The notes below the pieces were generated by a model that searched no databases, was not told where the DNA came from, and saw only the letters and a list, made by a program, of their open reading frames with translations. Position numbers and translations under genes: made by a program. From Octopus sinensis (Eukaryota): 64,000 bases of DNA. Positions 39,695-54,049 of the stretch are shown piece after piece. Location: NCBI RefSeq assembly GCF_006345805.1, contig NC_043006.1:74214001-74278000 (forward strand), given 5' to 3'. Each line of letters starts with the position of its first letter. Position 1 is the stretch's first letter.

Positions 39695-42486
39695 CAATCT
39701 GGTCTTCCATATTTCCTTAAAATATATTTGTACGTGACTATCTACATAAAATCAATATCCTATATCAATTTCAAACTATGAAATTACTTCCTCGTGGCTT
39801 CTTATGTTGCTTCTTTCTCACAGATTTCAAGTGTAAGATTCAACATTGATCAGCTTGGTTTTACTATTGACGTTGGTAAATTATACTTGCTCTGTGAATG
39901 TGTGTGTTTTGTTTTTACTTTCATTCCCTTTATATATATATATGGATAGATGGGTGGACGGATGGATATATGTGTGGATAGATGATTGTATGTATTTATA
40001 TATGTATGTGTCGATAGACGGATGGATTCATGCATGCATGGGGCCGATGAAATTCTGTACATTCAGCCTCTACCAAATTCCATTTAGAAGTTATTAGTGA
40101 AACCCTGGTTCCACACCTTTTTTCCTAGTGGAGCCTAAGTTATTGCATATGAGATCGAAGCCGTATAGCTTTATCTCTTCCTGTATTTACATCTATCATT
40201 CTTAGCTTTAACACCTATTTCACTATATATTCTGATCATAAATCAACTTCAACTAGATGGACAGAATTTCTAATTCTCAACGGGAAAATTAGCTTAATGA
40301 AAATATTCACTGTTATTTCATTATACCCACGGTAAATACCCGACTGTTTATATTAATATATAAAGAGGAATCATTTAGTGAAAGACGGGTGGAGTCCCTG
40401 CAACAGAGAATGTATTTTATAATTGTTATATTTTCTCTTTTTACTAAAATTACAATACTGTCTCATTATAATATAATCAAATACCATTGTTACACAAAGA
40501 AATGGTATTTTCAAGTATATTCAATATTCAAATATATCAAATATCATCATATATATTTATTAAAATATCATTTTTCTACAACTCAAATGATTCCATAAAA
40601 TATTGCTTTGAGGAGAAAATAAACATTTATGAAAAGAAAGATAGGTTCAACAGATTGAATACCTCTAAGCGTACTAGCATAAAGATCAGGTCTTAAATAT
40701 GGTGTAACCCATATAAATAATCCTGCGCTATAAAACCTATTCTAGTTAAATAATACAGGAAAAATGCTAATTTTCTTATATTATTATAGAGTGTGATGCT
40801 TACACAATTTCAAGGCATTAGACTGCAAGTTTGTTTATTTCCGACTCAGAACGCTAACCCTAATTCAGCGTGAGATAGATGTTTATCTTTTCCAATGAAA
40901 GAAATCATGGCCAATTTACGTCATGCTGCCTTGGTTGTAGAAATCGAAAGGAAGTTGGTGAGACACGTGAAAGAAAATATGTTTCTATTATGTTCTATTA
41001 TGTCCAATTCTCCTTGCCGTTCAGCTAGGAATCTTACTTCGGTTAATATGCAACATTAGGAGATGTTTTTATTATTTATTTATTTGTGTTTGAGAGGAAG
41101 ATATTGGAGTGGATGGAATCGGAGAACAACCTTTCCCTATATCATTTGTGTAAATATTAGTTTACTTGTGTAGAAGATCAGTTATTAATTTTCAAGGACT
41201 ACTAAAAAAAAAAGGAAAATAAAAACAGCAGGAATTTATGGTTCATCCTTTCCAGCAATAAAATTATTTTATTTTGTTTTTCCAATGAATATTTCGATCA
41301 AATTCTACTTTTAAATCAACACAGACAACATATATGATGCATTTAGATATATTATCTCAAATTTCATTCACACATACAATTGATGCATAAAACTATATTG
41401 TACACAACTAAAAAAGATATGTTGAGAATTACAATCATAATAGGAATTGAAAGATCATTAGTCATTTGCAATACACGACTCATACGTGACATATCCATCG
41501 TGGAAAATTCTGTGACAAACTGAAAAGCAATAATCAATTCCTGACAGTGTTATTTCAAAACGAAATATTGTTTAATTGATATGTTGATATGTGAATTTTA
41601 TATTTATTTCTTTTCTGACAATTTCTTATTATATGCGTTCATTTGCTGTACCAGTACACATTTATTATTTCTTGGTAATTATTTCTCTCTTATATAGTCC
41701 GATAATTGAATCTAGGATTATCACAAGACGTATGGATATTTGCTAACTGGAGAATAATTAAATGTTGAAAAATGTAAATAACTATTTAATTTACATCATG
41801 GGAATAGATTGTGCTTTGTATTCGGTCAATAGTAATAATCGAATATATAGCAAACATTCTGACAATTTACAATTAAATCTAATCGATATCGCGTACATCA
41901 ATTCTTGAAAACATTTAAAATAACTTTCCTCTGAAATTTCTAAAAGATTTGTGTCGATGAAAAATAAAATATCGGAGTTCCTTAGTTATCTATTTTTATA
42001 ATGCAAAAAGAAACCTTTAGTTTTTAAGATGGTGTATCAGAAATACATTTGCAATATATCATTATACTTATATTTACCTACACTGTTCTTGGTTTGCTTA
42101 AAAAAATACATATATATATCTGTAATAGATAACGCTATGTAATATCTGAAACCATTCAATATATAAATACAAAAAGTGACTGTTTAGTTATCGATGTATG
42201 CCTAATGCTCTTTCTTACATAAGCTCAGACTATTTACCCATGAATCTATACATTCACCAGAAAATTATGGGAGAGCCACCGTTGAATATTTATTTAACGT
42301 CTTAGATGGAAAGGTTTGGTAATGGTTTCAGGTATGGCAAATGGTTTTCTTTATAATTCCATCAATTTCTGGTAATATGAAACTTTTTTCATTTGCAAGT
42401 AAACAGCTACACACCATAAGAAAATTATACCATCAATATAATGTTAAAATCAAATTTTTTTTTGTCAGTATCTGTGTTTCGAAACA

Positions 42487-42558
42487 GTATTATGCAAGTA
42501 TAATATTATGGATATAAGCGATACCGCTTATATCCATAATATTGTACTTGCATAGTAC
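42487..42558 (+). repeat. 72-bp hairpin (34-bp stem, ATAC loop)
   Basis: gtattatgcaagtataatattatggatataagcg-atac-cgcttatatccataatattgtacttgcatagtac; the only two mismatches are T:G. Confidence 0.9.
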
Positions 42559-42793
42559 GCTTAGACACAACATCTTGTGGATGAAAAACGTTGGAGGAAA
42601 TCTGACCACGACAGGACTCAAACGTAACAAAATGTTCATTAAAATACAAACATGCTAGAAAAGGCTGATGCCATTTTCTGAAAGACAGAGGAAAGGAGAA
42701 GAACGCGCCTGTGGTGGGCATACAGATACCAATAAACGTGAACACACACCACAAATTTTCAAACATGCACACAAGCATATATATATATATATG

Positions 42794-42854
<61 letters not shown>

Positions 42855-43512
42855 ATAGATAAAGACACTCATACATACGTATGTATATATATATATATTT
42901 CATAAATGGAAATCAAATATTCTGCCTATAGAATATACATAGCAGTTCTCTAGAGATTTAAACATGAGGAGGTAGTGAAATAAATGTAAAGATGAGCAAG
43001 TTTGACAGGTCAATAGATTTAAGTATATTAAATACATGAAATACAAAAATATGTATGTGTGTGTGTGTGTGTATGACTGTGTGTAACTGTTTGTTTCTCA
43101 TGTCTTCCAGTTCTTTTCATAACACAACGGTTACTATATATTATTTATTATAAGTCGCCAGCCTCAGCTTTTTACACGTATCTTCTAATTATTAGATATT
43201 ATCTTCTAACACTGAATCACTGACCAAACTATCTTGATGGTTGTTAGCATTCTAGATTGGTAATGCAATGTAATCATTTTTAGCTCTCCAGATCGGGTCC
43301 AATTCATATCTACATTTGAGTAAACATGGACGTTATATTAAATTATTCAGTTTAACACTCTATCATTTTTGGCTGTCAACATTTCCTTAATGACTGAAAA
43401 TAATTCAAGATAAATTTCAATATTTTTTTAATGAATTTTAATACTAGTCAGTTAGTGGGAGGTATTTTTGCGATAAATTTGTGGCCGTCTACCAATATTG
43501 ACTTGAAACTAT

Positions 43513-44325
43513 GGCGGCGAGCTGGCAGAAACTTTAGCATGCCGGGTGAAATGCTTAGCAGTATTTCGTCTGCCGTTACGTTCTGAGTTCAAATTCCCCC
43601 GAGGTCGACTTTGCCTTTCATCCTTTCGGGGTCGATAAATTAAGTACCAGTTACGCACTGGGGTCGATGTAATTGACTTAATCCCTTTGTCTGTCCTTGT
43701 TTGTCCCATCTATGTTTAGCCGCTTCTGGGCAATAAAGAAATAAGAAATGTTAGCACGCCGGGCGAAATGCTTAGCGGTTTTCGTCTGTGTTTATGTTCT
43801 GAGTTCCGCTGAGGTCGACTTTGCCTTTCATCCTTTCGGAGTTGATAAATTAAGTACCAGTTACGTACTGGGGGCGATCTAATCGACTGCCCCCCTCCCC
43901 CAAGTTTCGGGCCTTGTGCATAGAGTATAAAAAGAACATTGACTTCAAAGTTTGACTCAAGACCAACAGTTTCGAGGGAGAGGATAAGACGTAACTGGTA
44001 ATTACTTTTTCAATCCCGAAAGGATGAAAGGCAAAATCAACTCCGACGACATTTGATAAAGATGGACGAAATGCCGCTATATATTTTGCCGGAGTGCTGA
44101 AGATTCTGACAGCTCGCCGCCTTAAACCTGCTAATATTGATTTGATACTTTGAACACAAAGCCAGCTGTATCGGTGGACGGGGTAAGTTGATTACATCAA
44201 CCTCGGTACCCAACTGGTACTATTTTATCGACCCCAAAATGATGAAGACTCAATTTGAATTCGGAATGTAAAGGCGGACGAAATACCGTTGAGCAGTGCT
44301 AACCATTTTCCCAGTTCGTCGTCTT
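43513..44325. mobile_element. SINE family B dimer (+, 43513-43938) followed by degraded inverted B copies (-, 43950-44325)
   Basis: Family B head and central domain on both strands. Confidence 0.8.
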
Positions 44326-44623
44326 ATTGTTGTTTATTCCTTCTCGAGCCACGCCTGGCTCATAAGAGCCGGTTTCCTTGGCGTATAGGTTCCCCACCTG
44401 GACGGGACGCCGGTCCGTCGCAGGTGAGCTGCTAGACGCAGGAGGAAAGAGTGAGAGAAAGTTGTGACGAAAGATTCAGCAGAAATTCGCCATTACCTTC
44501 TGTCGGAGCTGCGTGAAGCTTAGGTGTTTCGCTCATAAACACTCACATCGCTCTGTCTGAGATTCGAATCCGCGATCCTTCGACCGCGAGTCCGCTGCTC
44601 TAACCACTAGGCCATGTGCCTCC
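44326..44623 (-). mobile_element. SINE family C, tail Y variant
   Basis: Same subfamily as 62887 (tail ...ggctcgagaa(ggaa)taaacaac). Confidence 0.85.
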
Positions 44624-44819
44624 AGCGTCATCTTATAGTCTACCAATATTAAAAAAAGTATAGCCTGTCATTCTTTTGGGGTCGATTAAATAAGTACCAG
44701 TTGATCAAGGGAACAGATTTTTTTTCGACTTAACTCCTCCCCCGTAATTACTGGGTCTGTGTCACTAATTTGAAACCGATGTTAAAAGTAGTATTCATAT
44801 TAAACGGCTCGTAAATCTG

Positions 44820-45112
44820 AGACCCCCTTCGGTCACAACACAGACCATGGGATTGCACCTAGAATGTTACCCTCCCAGGCACAAGTCCGGGCAAGGCTGT
44901 TTATGGAAGACCAGCAGTCGCCCATGCATACCGGCCACCCCTCTCTACCTGTTATCCAAGGGAAAGTCAAAGGTCGATACAGCTGAGTGAACTGTAACAA
45001 TGTGAAATAAAGTGTCTTGCTCAAGAACACAACACGCAGCTCGGTCAGGGATTTGAGCTCACAACCTCACGATCGTAAGCTCGATGCTCTAACCACTGAG
45101 CCATGCGCCTTC
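44820..45112 (-). mobile_element. SINE family D with a 13-bp flanking duplication
   Basis: acggctcgtaaat at 44804-44816 and 45119-45131. Confidence 0.85.
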
Positions 45113-45912
45113 GTAAATACGGCTCGTAAATATCGGAGTAAAAAGGGTAATGAATTAAATGAGTTGCGGTATCTAAACGTTGTTAAGTTCAAAAGTTACA
45201 CCCGGGATTTACTTCAATACTTTACTTCAGCGGTCGAAAAATAACAAATAGTCAAATACTAGGCTCGATTTAGTCGATTGAATAACTCTTAGACCAAAGG
45301 AAGAAATATTTATCAGTATCTGGAAATAATATCTGGTTTAGTGATAAAGTAAGTCGTTTTTTCAGAGCGCGTATAAGTTAATGTCATAGGGACCGATATT
45401 TGAGTGGGATTTTATTTTTATTAAACACAAAAGGGTGTAAGGTGGGAATAGAATTAAGAACGGAGCGAGTTATGAGAAATGTTTCACTTTAATGGTTCTG
45501 CTGACTGATCGTTCTTCAATATTTAAAAGTAACTTTGAGTATTGAATTCTGTCTTCAGATCTCATGGAATAGATTTTCTGCCACTTTTTACAGTAATTCC
45601 TTGAACGTCGATATAAGAATTACCAATTAATTGTGTGGTGAAGATTATTAAATCCATTATAGTACACGACCATTTTTATTCAATCTGTTGGTGCTTTTAA
45701 TCATTGCCCTTAGAAACAGAGCAACGTCTTCAAGAATCTTTCATCGATTATATTGATTCCAGTACTTTAATACAGCCGCGTATGTATTTTATTGATGATA
45801 TCCGTTTGTCGAACTGGAAAGTCGTGAGACATAAGGGAAAGCAAAGTAAACGACATCGGCAATCATATTTCTGGACACGAACACGAAAGCGTTCACACAC
45901 ACGTGCAGGTGC

Positions 45913-45948
<36 letters not shown>

Positions 45949-46111
45949 ATGCGTGTGTGTGTGGGGGGGGTGCATATTTTTTATGCTTAATCTTACACTT
46001 GCTTCAGTCATTGAACTGCCGTCATGTTAGTCTTTGGTCAAACAAATCGAATTTAATATTATTTTTAAATGCGCAAAGCCAGCGTCTGAACCATATACTA
46101 TGATGTTACAT

Positions 46112-46143
<32 letters not shown>

Positions 46144-46715
46144 GAGAGAGAGAGTGAGAGAGAGGAAGGAGATATATAAACATATATGTGTGTATATTTA
46201 TTTTTTATCATAGAAAACTGAATATCGTGTAGCTTAAGGCGGCTCCTTTCGGATGTTACACTTATGGTATAAAAAAATGTATATTTTATTCTATATTTGG
46301 TATTGATATATCTTTATCAGAAAATGTTTCCATCGATGTTAACATAGATTGTATAGAAGTTAAACAGCGATATATATTAATACACATACACACACATGGA
46401 CATATCGATGTTTAACTTCCATAGTTTATGCTAACTTCGATTAAAGCAGTTTCTGATAAAATGGTAAAGAAATCAATATGGAATGTAGGTGGAGATGTGC
46501 ATTTATATGTGTGTGCATGTGTGTGTGACTCTTTCTCTATTTCTTGCTTTCTCCTTATATATGTGCATGTATATATATATATAATGTGTGTGTAGATATA
46601 TGTATATGTATATATGTGCATGTATATTATATATATATATATAAAAGTTACATGTATGTATAGATATATATATGTGCATATATATATATATATATATAAG
46701 TTATATGTATATATA

Positions 46716-46746
<31 letters not shown>

Positions 46747-46811
46747 ATATAAAGTTATATGTATATATATATATATATAAAAGTTATATGTATGTATATA
46801 TATATATGTGC

Positions 46812-46846
<35 letters not shown>

Positions 46847-46849
46847 ATA

Positions 46850-46885
<36 letters not shown>

Positions 46886-47966
46886 TGTGTTTGTGTTAGG
46901 TATATATATTATCTATATATAAAAGTTAGATCTATATATGTATATGCGTGTGTGTGTGTTTTAAAATAAAAAAGGATTGTTTCTTTATGAAAATCCTTCA
47001 GGGAAAAACGCCGAAGAACGTCCCCTAATATCAAATTTCCGTTCTAAATTGCCCTTATCATTTTGCTCTTGCTTGTTTATGGACATTTAACTATGCAACA
47101 TATAGAGAATAGCATGCGTGTCTCATAAGTATATATCAGGATAATTCAAAGAGGTTTAGCAATTTCAAACGAGACTGTGATCATCTGGCACGATGTTCCA
47201 ATCGGCATCATCTTTTGTGTCATTCCATTTCAAATCTGATGATTTTCCCCACCTTCACCTTCCTGTTTAACTTTATTATACACAGCTTGCTCGCGTATTC
47301 TTTTGTTCAACTCGAACGTGAACATATTTCCTAACGTTTTCAATCAATACAATATTTTTCTTTAACATGCATATAATCACCTTCCACATGCCTCTTCCTA
47401 TTTTACAACAATTAAATTTTAGTAATATGAGATTCGTTATGATAGAAGACAAATGCCTTGTGTTTTTCAAGGTCTCTGTTATTTGTAGAAGGTACACAGA
47501 AAATAGAACATAAACCGAAGACCTAGCTCCAGTGCTTGAATCACAATGAATTCCGCAACAGGTACTCAAGGAGCGGTTACTGCTGTTAACTAGGGACATG
47601 GGTTAAATGTACCAGCCAAGTGCTGAGATGGCAAAGGGCCAAAACAAACACCGTAAGATACCCCTTTCAACACAATTCTGTCTATGCACCCACGTTGCCG
47701 GTCATTTTATCTGATCGACCTCGAAAGGAGAAAAGTAATTCTTTTGTGAGTGGGATTTGAATTCAGAATGTAGGGACCCGCAAAGTATCTCAAAATTCCT
47801 CGAACACTAACAACTCGGCCAATTCACTTTTTAACAGCAGGCAGAAAATATTCGATTTCAAGGTCCAACGCTTTCAATTATGATATACACAAATTCTTTC
47901 ATCGTCTGTTTGTGTGAGTACACACATGCGCGCACACACACACGCCACACACACACACACACACAC

Positions 47967-48015
<49 letters not shown>

Positions 48016-48452
48016 CATTTAACTATATATATATATGTAGGTAGTGGATAACGATTTTCTTCATTACTTCAGGGAGTGACGACCTTGCCTGACACGAGTC
48101 CTGGGCTCAGCTGGCTCTGGCTGACAGTACCCGATATTGGTCCCTATCCAGGGATACGGAAAGGAGACAACCTTCAAAGAAATCCGGAGTGAGCCCTGTA
48201 GGCGGTTTAGTGTTTAACTCCAGACTCTTCCGGCACCTCCTGCAACAAAGCTGGTGCCAAACGTAATGGACTACGTCAGCAAGGTCGAGAGAGGAATCCT
48301 GACGATTGGGATACCCAGGATTTTCTTACATCTAGACCAGGCCTGCGTAAAACTGGAGAGAACATGAAATGTAAAAAGCAGACTGGATTAGTTTATGCGT
48401 AACTCCATTGTTTCCCGATACAAAAGGATGCCAACAACAATTTATATATATA

Positions 48453-48842
48453 CTAGCAGTATCGCCCGGCGTTGCTCGGGTTTGTAAGGGAAATAACTAT
48501 ATAAGCATTTTTAGTGATGTAAAGTATAATAGCCATCTCAATATGGCTAACCACAAAGGGGAGTTGTTACTGTAGCTTTTTACTTTCTGAGATTTAATAA
48601 TAAATTTTTAGAGAGTTACTTCTCTTATATGTGCCAAAAATGCATTAAAAATGGGAAAAATTGATGGTATTTTTTTAAAATCGTAGACTCATCGTAGACG
48701 CGCGCTAATACCCAGAAGGGCTCGATATGAATCACGACTATAAGATACCCGGTTTTGGTTAAACTGCACCGCAAAATGTGGGAGTAGTTAGGAATCTAAA
48801 TCGTAGGAGACAGACAGCACACAACCTCTCTTTTATATATAA

Positions 48843-48845
<3 letters not shown>
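48453..48845 (-). mobile_element. Complete non-autonomous Helitron
   Basis: Minus strand A|TC start at 48845, subterminal hairpin cccgagcaacgccggg and CTAG|T end at 48453: canonical Helitron termini and AT target. Confidence 0.85.
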
Positions 48846-48890
<45 letters not shown>

Positions 48891-51849
48891 TTTAACGACT
48901 TTGACTTTCATTACTAACAACAAGGCAGCCTTGAGTAGTTATATCTAGTGCGAGAAATAACGGCCAAATTCTTCCTAAATTGCTCACTTTTCTGTTTTAT
49001 TACATAGTCTGGAACGAAGCACAATACTTCTGGTATGTAATAGGATCTCTGACGCGGGTGGAAAGGCGGAATGGAATAAAGTTTTCTGAAAACTGAGATC
49101 TGGCCCAAATGCATGTAGCAAAGGGAACTCTGCAAACCGTGAAAAGATATGATGGACATGGCTGGAATAATTTTTATTACACATGTGATCAATAGGGCTG
49201 TTTGGGGTCAAATAACAACAACAAAAGAATCACAGAAAAATTAGAAAGGAAAACTACATGCTTAAATGTATTTTATGGAGATATGTTTATGTGTCTGATA
49301 TGAACATGGGTGTAGGTGTGGGTGTGACTTGGATATGGGCCTGATTTGAATATGGATCTGATTTGAGAATAGGTTTCATTTGAACTTTGTGCAGAGATAG
49401 CCTCTCACCAAGGTTGAAGTAGTAGATACATACAGAGATATGGGGGTACATTCTTACCAATTTAATATATGCGGAGTTGCCATGAGAGACGAACAGAGAT
49501 CCTGTGCGTTCACATTTGTAGAAATTTTGAGGTTGTGAGATACAAAGTGTTTCTTGATATGCGCAGTAATAAATTTTGTGGAGACAAGTTTTCTATATAC
49601 CCAATGACTGTTTGTAAATCTTTGTCTATGGAAAAACTGTTCCAGTGGAAGTAATTCCCGGGTGAAATTGAAAGCTGAATAAGAAATAATGAGTTAAGTG
49701 TTTTGGAAGGTGTCTGAGAACAGAGAGACTGTAAAAGACGACGGTATGGCGTGAGTAAGTAGAGACTGAATTGGAGTGGTATACATGGAATACTCTAATC
49801 AGAAGAAAAATTCATCGGCGTTAATGAGAATTCTAGACAGGAAATGCATAGAAGAAAACTCAGAAAATTAAATTGAATAAAACTGGATCTAGAAAATAGC
49901 ATTAATTTGTTCCCAACGTAATTATTGAATGAATGAAGCAAAATAACTCGATACTGAGATATAGTGAATAGCTTGATTCTTGAAAATGATAGTAAAATAT
50001 AAATTTGCCACTGAGCTCACATAATTTTGTATTTATGAGCGTATTTTGTTCGTTTTACTAATTATTTTCAGCGTAGATTTCCTTAAAGAGGAAATACAAG
50101 AATGATATGCCACACAAATTGAAATAAATCTATGTCCAGAGACCGATATTAATGTTCCTGCAATAAAAATCGATTAGCTTCATAAAGAAATGACTGACCA
50201 AAAATCAATTACTATTTAGGAAAGCGCTTTGTAATATATAATTTAGTATTTCGAATTCCAACAACTGACAAGGATATTTTTTTAAAATACTATATGAAGA
50301 AACTGAATTGAATTTTATACAACGCAGTTAAAATGAATATTTTCAATAATAGACAAAATGCTGAAAGTACTTTGACAAACACTCTGCGTAAATACATTGG
50401 GACACTGTTATATATCCTGGCTTATTTTAATTTTATGCTTCATGGTGTTGAATGATTTGTATTTAATAGTACAATATTAGATAATTATTCCAGCAAAATG
50501 TCCAGTACGTCATTGAAAGGTAAATGAAATCTGTGACGATCTTCTCTTTTAAAGAAGAACAATAGAAAATTGACAATTGAATTGAGATAGATTTATGATG
50601 GCCATTTAAAACTCATATATACCATTATATTGAGATTAGATTGTAGTTTGTAAATATATTATATACTATTATTAATTGCTGGCAATATGCATTTGCAGAA
50701 TCGTTAGAGCGTCAGAGAGAAGGCTTTGCGTTATTTTTTCACGGTCTTTACATACTCAGTTCAAATTCCGGCGAGGTAAATGTTACCTTTCATCTCTCAA
50801 GGTTTGATACGAATAAAGTATCTCTCACCAAAATTCTGACCTCATGACTAAATCATAAACGATTACTAGGTGTCAACAATGGCGGTCGATTGATACAATC
50901 GTTAAAGCATCAGACGAAATGCTTTGCGATACATGTGCCGAAATGACAATCCATTACATCTCAACAAATTTTGAGTTGGAGTTATGCCAGTGACAATGTA
51001 ATAAATATCAGAAATCTATTGGAGCCTTCTAAAATTATAACAGCAAAAAACGTGAATGTAATGGCATGTATGTATTTTGAAAGGTATCGTGATTTTAGCA
51101 TAATGTAATTCTTTTCATTCAAACTTATCACCTCAGTCTAACATGTATAACATAATAGAATGCCGTACGTCAAGAGAATGGAACACCTTTTTTTTCCACA
51201 TTACAGATGCAAATGCGTTTTTTCTAAGTGAAATTTTGTTTGTAGTTTCCGTATTATATTTATGCAGAGATTTATAATTTTATATCGAGGCAACAACAAA
51301 AGACTTCTTCAGACGCGGGCGCACACACTAACACACACAGATAGAAAGATAGATAAATAGAGAGATACACAGAGAGAGAAGTATATAAATAAATATATAT
51401 ATATATATATATGCACTGGCGCACTTTATGATCTTCCCGGTTTCGTCACCAGAAGGAAATAATGTCAATAATAGGCGTAGTTAGCACGCTTTGCCCGAGA
51501 CAACAAAATATTATTAGAACATTGTTATATATTGTTATATGTGTGTAAGCGTAAAATTTGTAACAAGACGTCGAATTTAAGCATAGCACGAGTGTATGTA
51601 TTCGAATACACTTATTTTGATAAGTATTTTTTGAATTCGCTATAGCTTTACTAATCCCATTAGTACATTAATATTCTAAGTTCTTTGTTCTAATGACTGA
51701 ATAGATCATCGAAATTGGATTTAAAAATTATGAAAAATTTCGTCAGTAACACAAAACAATAAACTAACAAAGCATATAATGCACTTTGAACAACGAATAT
51801 AATGTAGATATTTCAATGAAAACATGAAAACTATAAACTTTATATATTT

Positions 51850-52075
51850 TTTTACTACTCACAAGGGGCTAAACATAGAGGAGACAAACAAGGACAGACA
51901 AAGGGATTAAGTCGATTACATCGACCCCAGTGCGTAACTGGTACTTAATTTCTCGACCCTGAAAGGATGAAAGGCAAAGTCGACCTCGGCAGAATTTGAA
52001 CTCGGAACGTAACGACAGACGAAATACTGCTACGAATTTCGCCCGGCGTGCTAACGTTTCTACCAGCTCGCCGCC
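51850..52075 (-). mobile_element. SINE family B monomer
   Basis: Full head, central domain and tail 1. Confidence 0.9.
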
Positions 52076-52209
52076 CTATAAATTTTATAACTATAAACTT
52101 TATAACTTAACAGTTACAGTGGACACAGCAATGCCATAGTTTCTCGGAAGTTTACCATGCATTAACAACAAGGAGTTATGCCTCATCAATATAGTGTACA
52201 ATAATTTTA

Positions 52210-52700
52210 CATGCTAAAGGCGGTACTCCAGCATGGCTGCAGTCAAATGACTGAAACAAGTAAAAGAGTAAAAGAGTAAAGATTATAGGCGCAGGAGTGG
52301 CTTATAGGCACCGGAATGGCTGTGTGGTAAGTAGCTTGCTTCCCAACTACATGGTTCCGGGCTCAGTCCCACTGCGTGGCACCTTGGGCAAGTGTCTTGT
52401 ACTATAGCCTCGGGCCGACCAAAGCCTTGTGAGTGGATTTGGTAGACAGAAACTGAAAGAAGACCGTCGTATATTTATGTGTGTGTGTGTGTGTGTTTGT
52501 GCTTCTATGTTTGTTCCCCCACCATCAATTGACCACCGATATTGGTGTGTTTACGTCCCCGTAACTTACCGGTTCGACAAAAAGACCGACGGAATAAGTA
52601 CTAGGCTTGCAAATAATAAGTCCTACGGTCGATTTGTTCGACTAAAGGCGGTGCTGCAGCATGGCCGCAGTCAAATGACTTGAAAAATAAAAAAAGAAAA
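52210..52700 (+). mobile_element. SINE family A preceded by an isolated family A tail and a duplicated head
   Basis: Tail at 52210-52280; ttataggcgcaggagtggc-ttataggcaccggaatggctgtgtgg. Confidence 0.85.
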
Positions 52701-53383
52701 GAAAAGAATATGAAACATTTGTTGACGGCACTGCAGTTTTATAGGGAATTCCATAAAAAAAATGAACCATGAAATAATATCCTTAAGAGCTTTGCTTGTA
52801 AAATACGAATCATATATTGGTTTCAATTTTTGTACAAGGCCAGAAATTTCGGAAAGCGGGTTTGTCGATTAAATCGACCCCAGAGTTTAACTAGTAACTA
52901 TTTTATCGATACTGAAAGTATTAAAAACAAAGTCGACCGCTGTGGAATTTGAACTCAAAACGTTAAGACGGACGAAATGATGCTAAGCATTTTGCCGAGC
53001 GGGCTAACGATCCTGCCAGCTCGCCGCCTTTTACGAACGAGGAAATGATTCGAATCGAGAAGTTAATCAGAAAATCTACCATGATTGAAAAAGTTGTTTG
53101 AATTTTAAATTCAACATCGGCACCATGGCAACGCGGGACTTATGATATAGACATAGGTGATTCTCATCTCCTATGGTGATATTCTCATGATGCTTTGGCA
53201 CATCCAGGAACACGCGTGAACAACACGTTATATTTACCATCATTTCATACTCATGATGAGTTATGTGATGTCTCGGACAGTTTACAGTTTCGTGACTAAG
53301 AATGGTATTATTTCAAACTATATGTCAAAGACTAATAAGCACATATGAAAAAAAACCTTTATAAAAAAATATGAAACGGAAAC

Positions 53384-53801
53384 ATACCTATTTCTTTACT
53401 TCTCACAAGGGGCCAAACACAGAGAGGACAAACATGGACAGACAAACGGATTAAGTCGATTACACCGACCCCAGTGCATAACTGGTACTTAATTTATCGA
53501 CCCCGAAAGGATGAAAGGCAAAGTCGACCTCCTCGGAATTCCAACTCAACGTAACGGCAGACGAAATACCTATTTCTTTACTACCCACAAGGGGCTAAAC
53601 ATAGAGGGGACAAAGAAGGACAGACATAGGTATTAAGTCGATTACATAGACCCCAGTGCGTAACTGGTACTTATTTAATCGACTCCGAAAGGATGAAAGG
53701 CAAAGTCGACCTCGGCGGAATTTGAACTCAGAACATGAAGACAGACGAAATACCGCTAAGCATTTCGCCCGGTATGCTAACGATTCTGCCAGCTCGCCGC
53801 C
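53384..53801 (-). mobile_element. SINE family B dimer (tail 1 + tail 1)
   Basis: Junction aagaaataGGTATTTcgtctg. Confidence 0.9.
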
Positions 53802-54049
53802 TTATGAAACGCAAACATACCATGCCATCTCTCTTACATGTTTGGTAAAATAATTGTACCTGTCTAATCTACGCATGCAAGCATTCACATACAAAGATGC
53901 TCACAGAATGATGTAAACCATGAGAAAGAAGTTGCACTCTATATATATGCGCATATATGTATATAGTGCATACATTTCTGAAAGCAAAGCATTTTTCATG
54001 TAAATATGATGTACTTATGACAATGTAATATTTTGTAGTAGTATGCCAT

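Noticed and set aside
40120-42480. About 2.3 kb without recognisable repeats
   Set aside because: No ORF, structure or motif cluster beyond AT-rich background.
48060-48420. GC-richer segment resembling an RTE 5' UTR, possible HDV-like ribozyme
   Set aside because: I could not build the nested double pseudoknot by eye; a covariance-model search would be needed.
50040-50330. Apparent branch point and splice acceptor (ttttactaattattttcag)
   Set aside because: All three downstream frames close quickly and no matching donor or protein similarity was seen.
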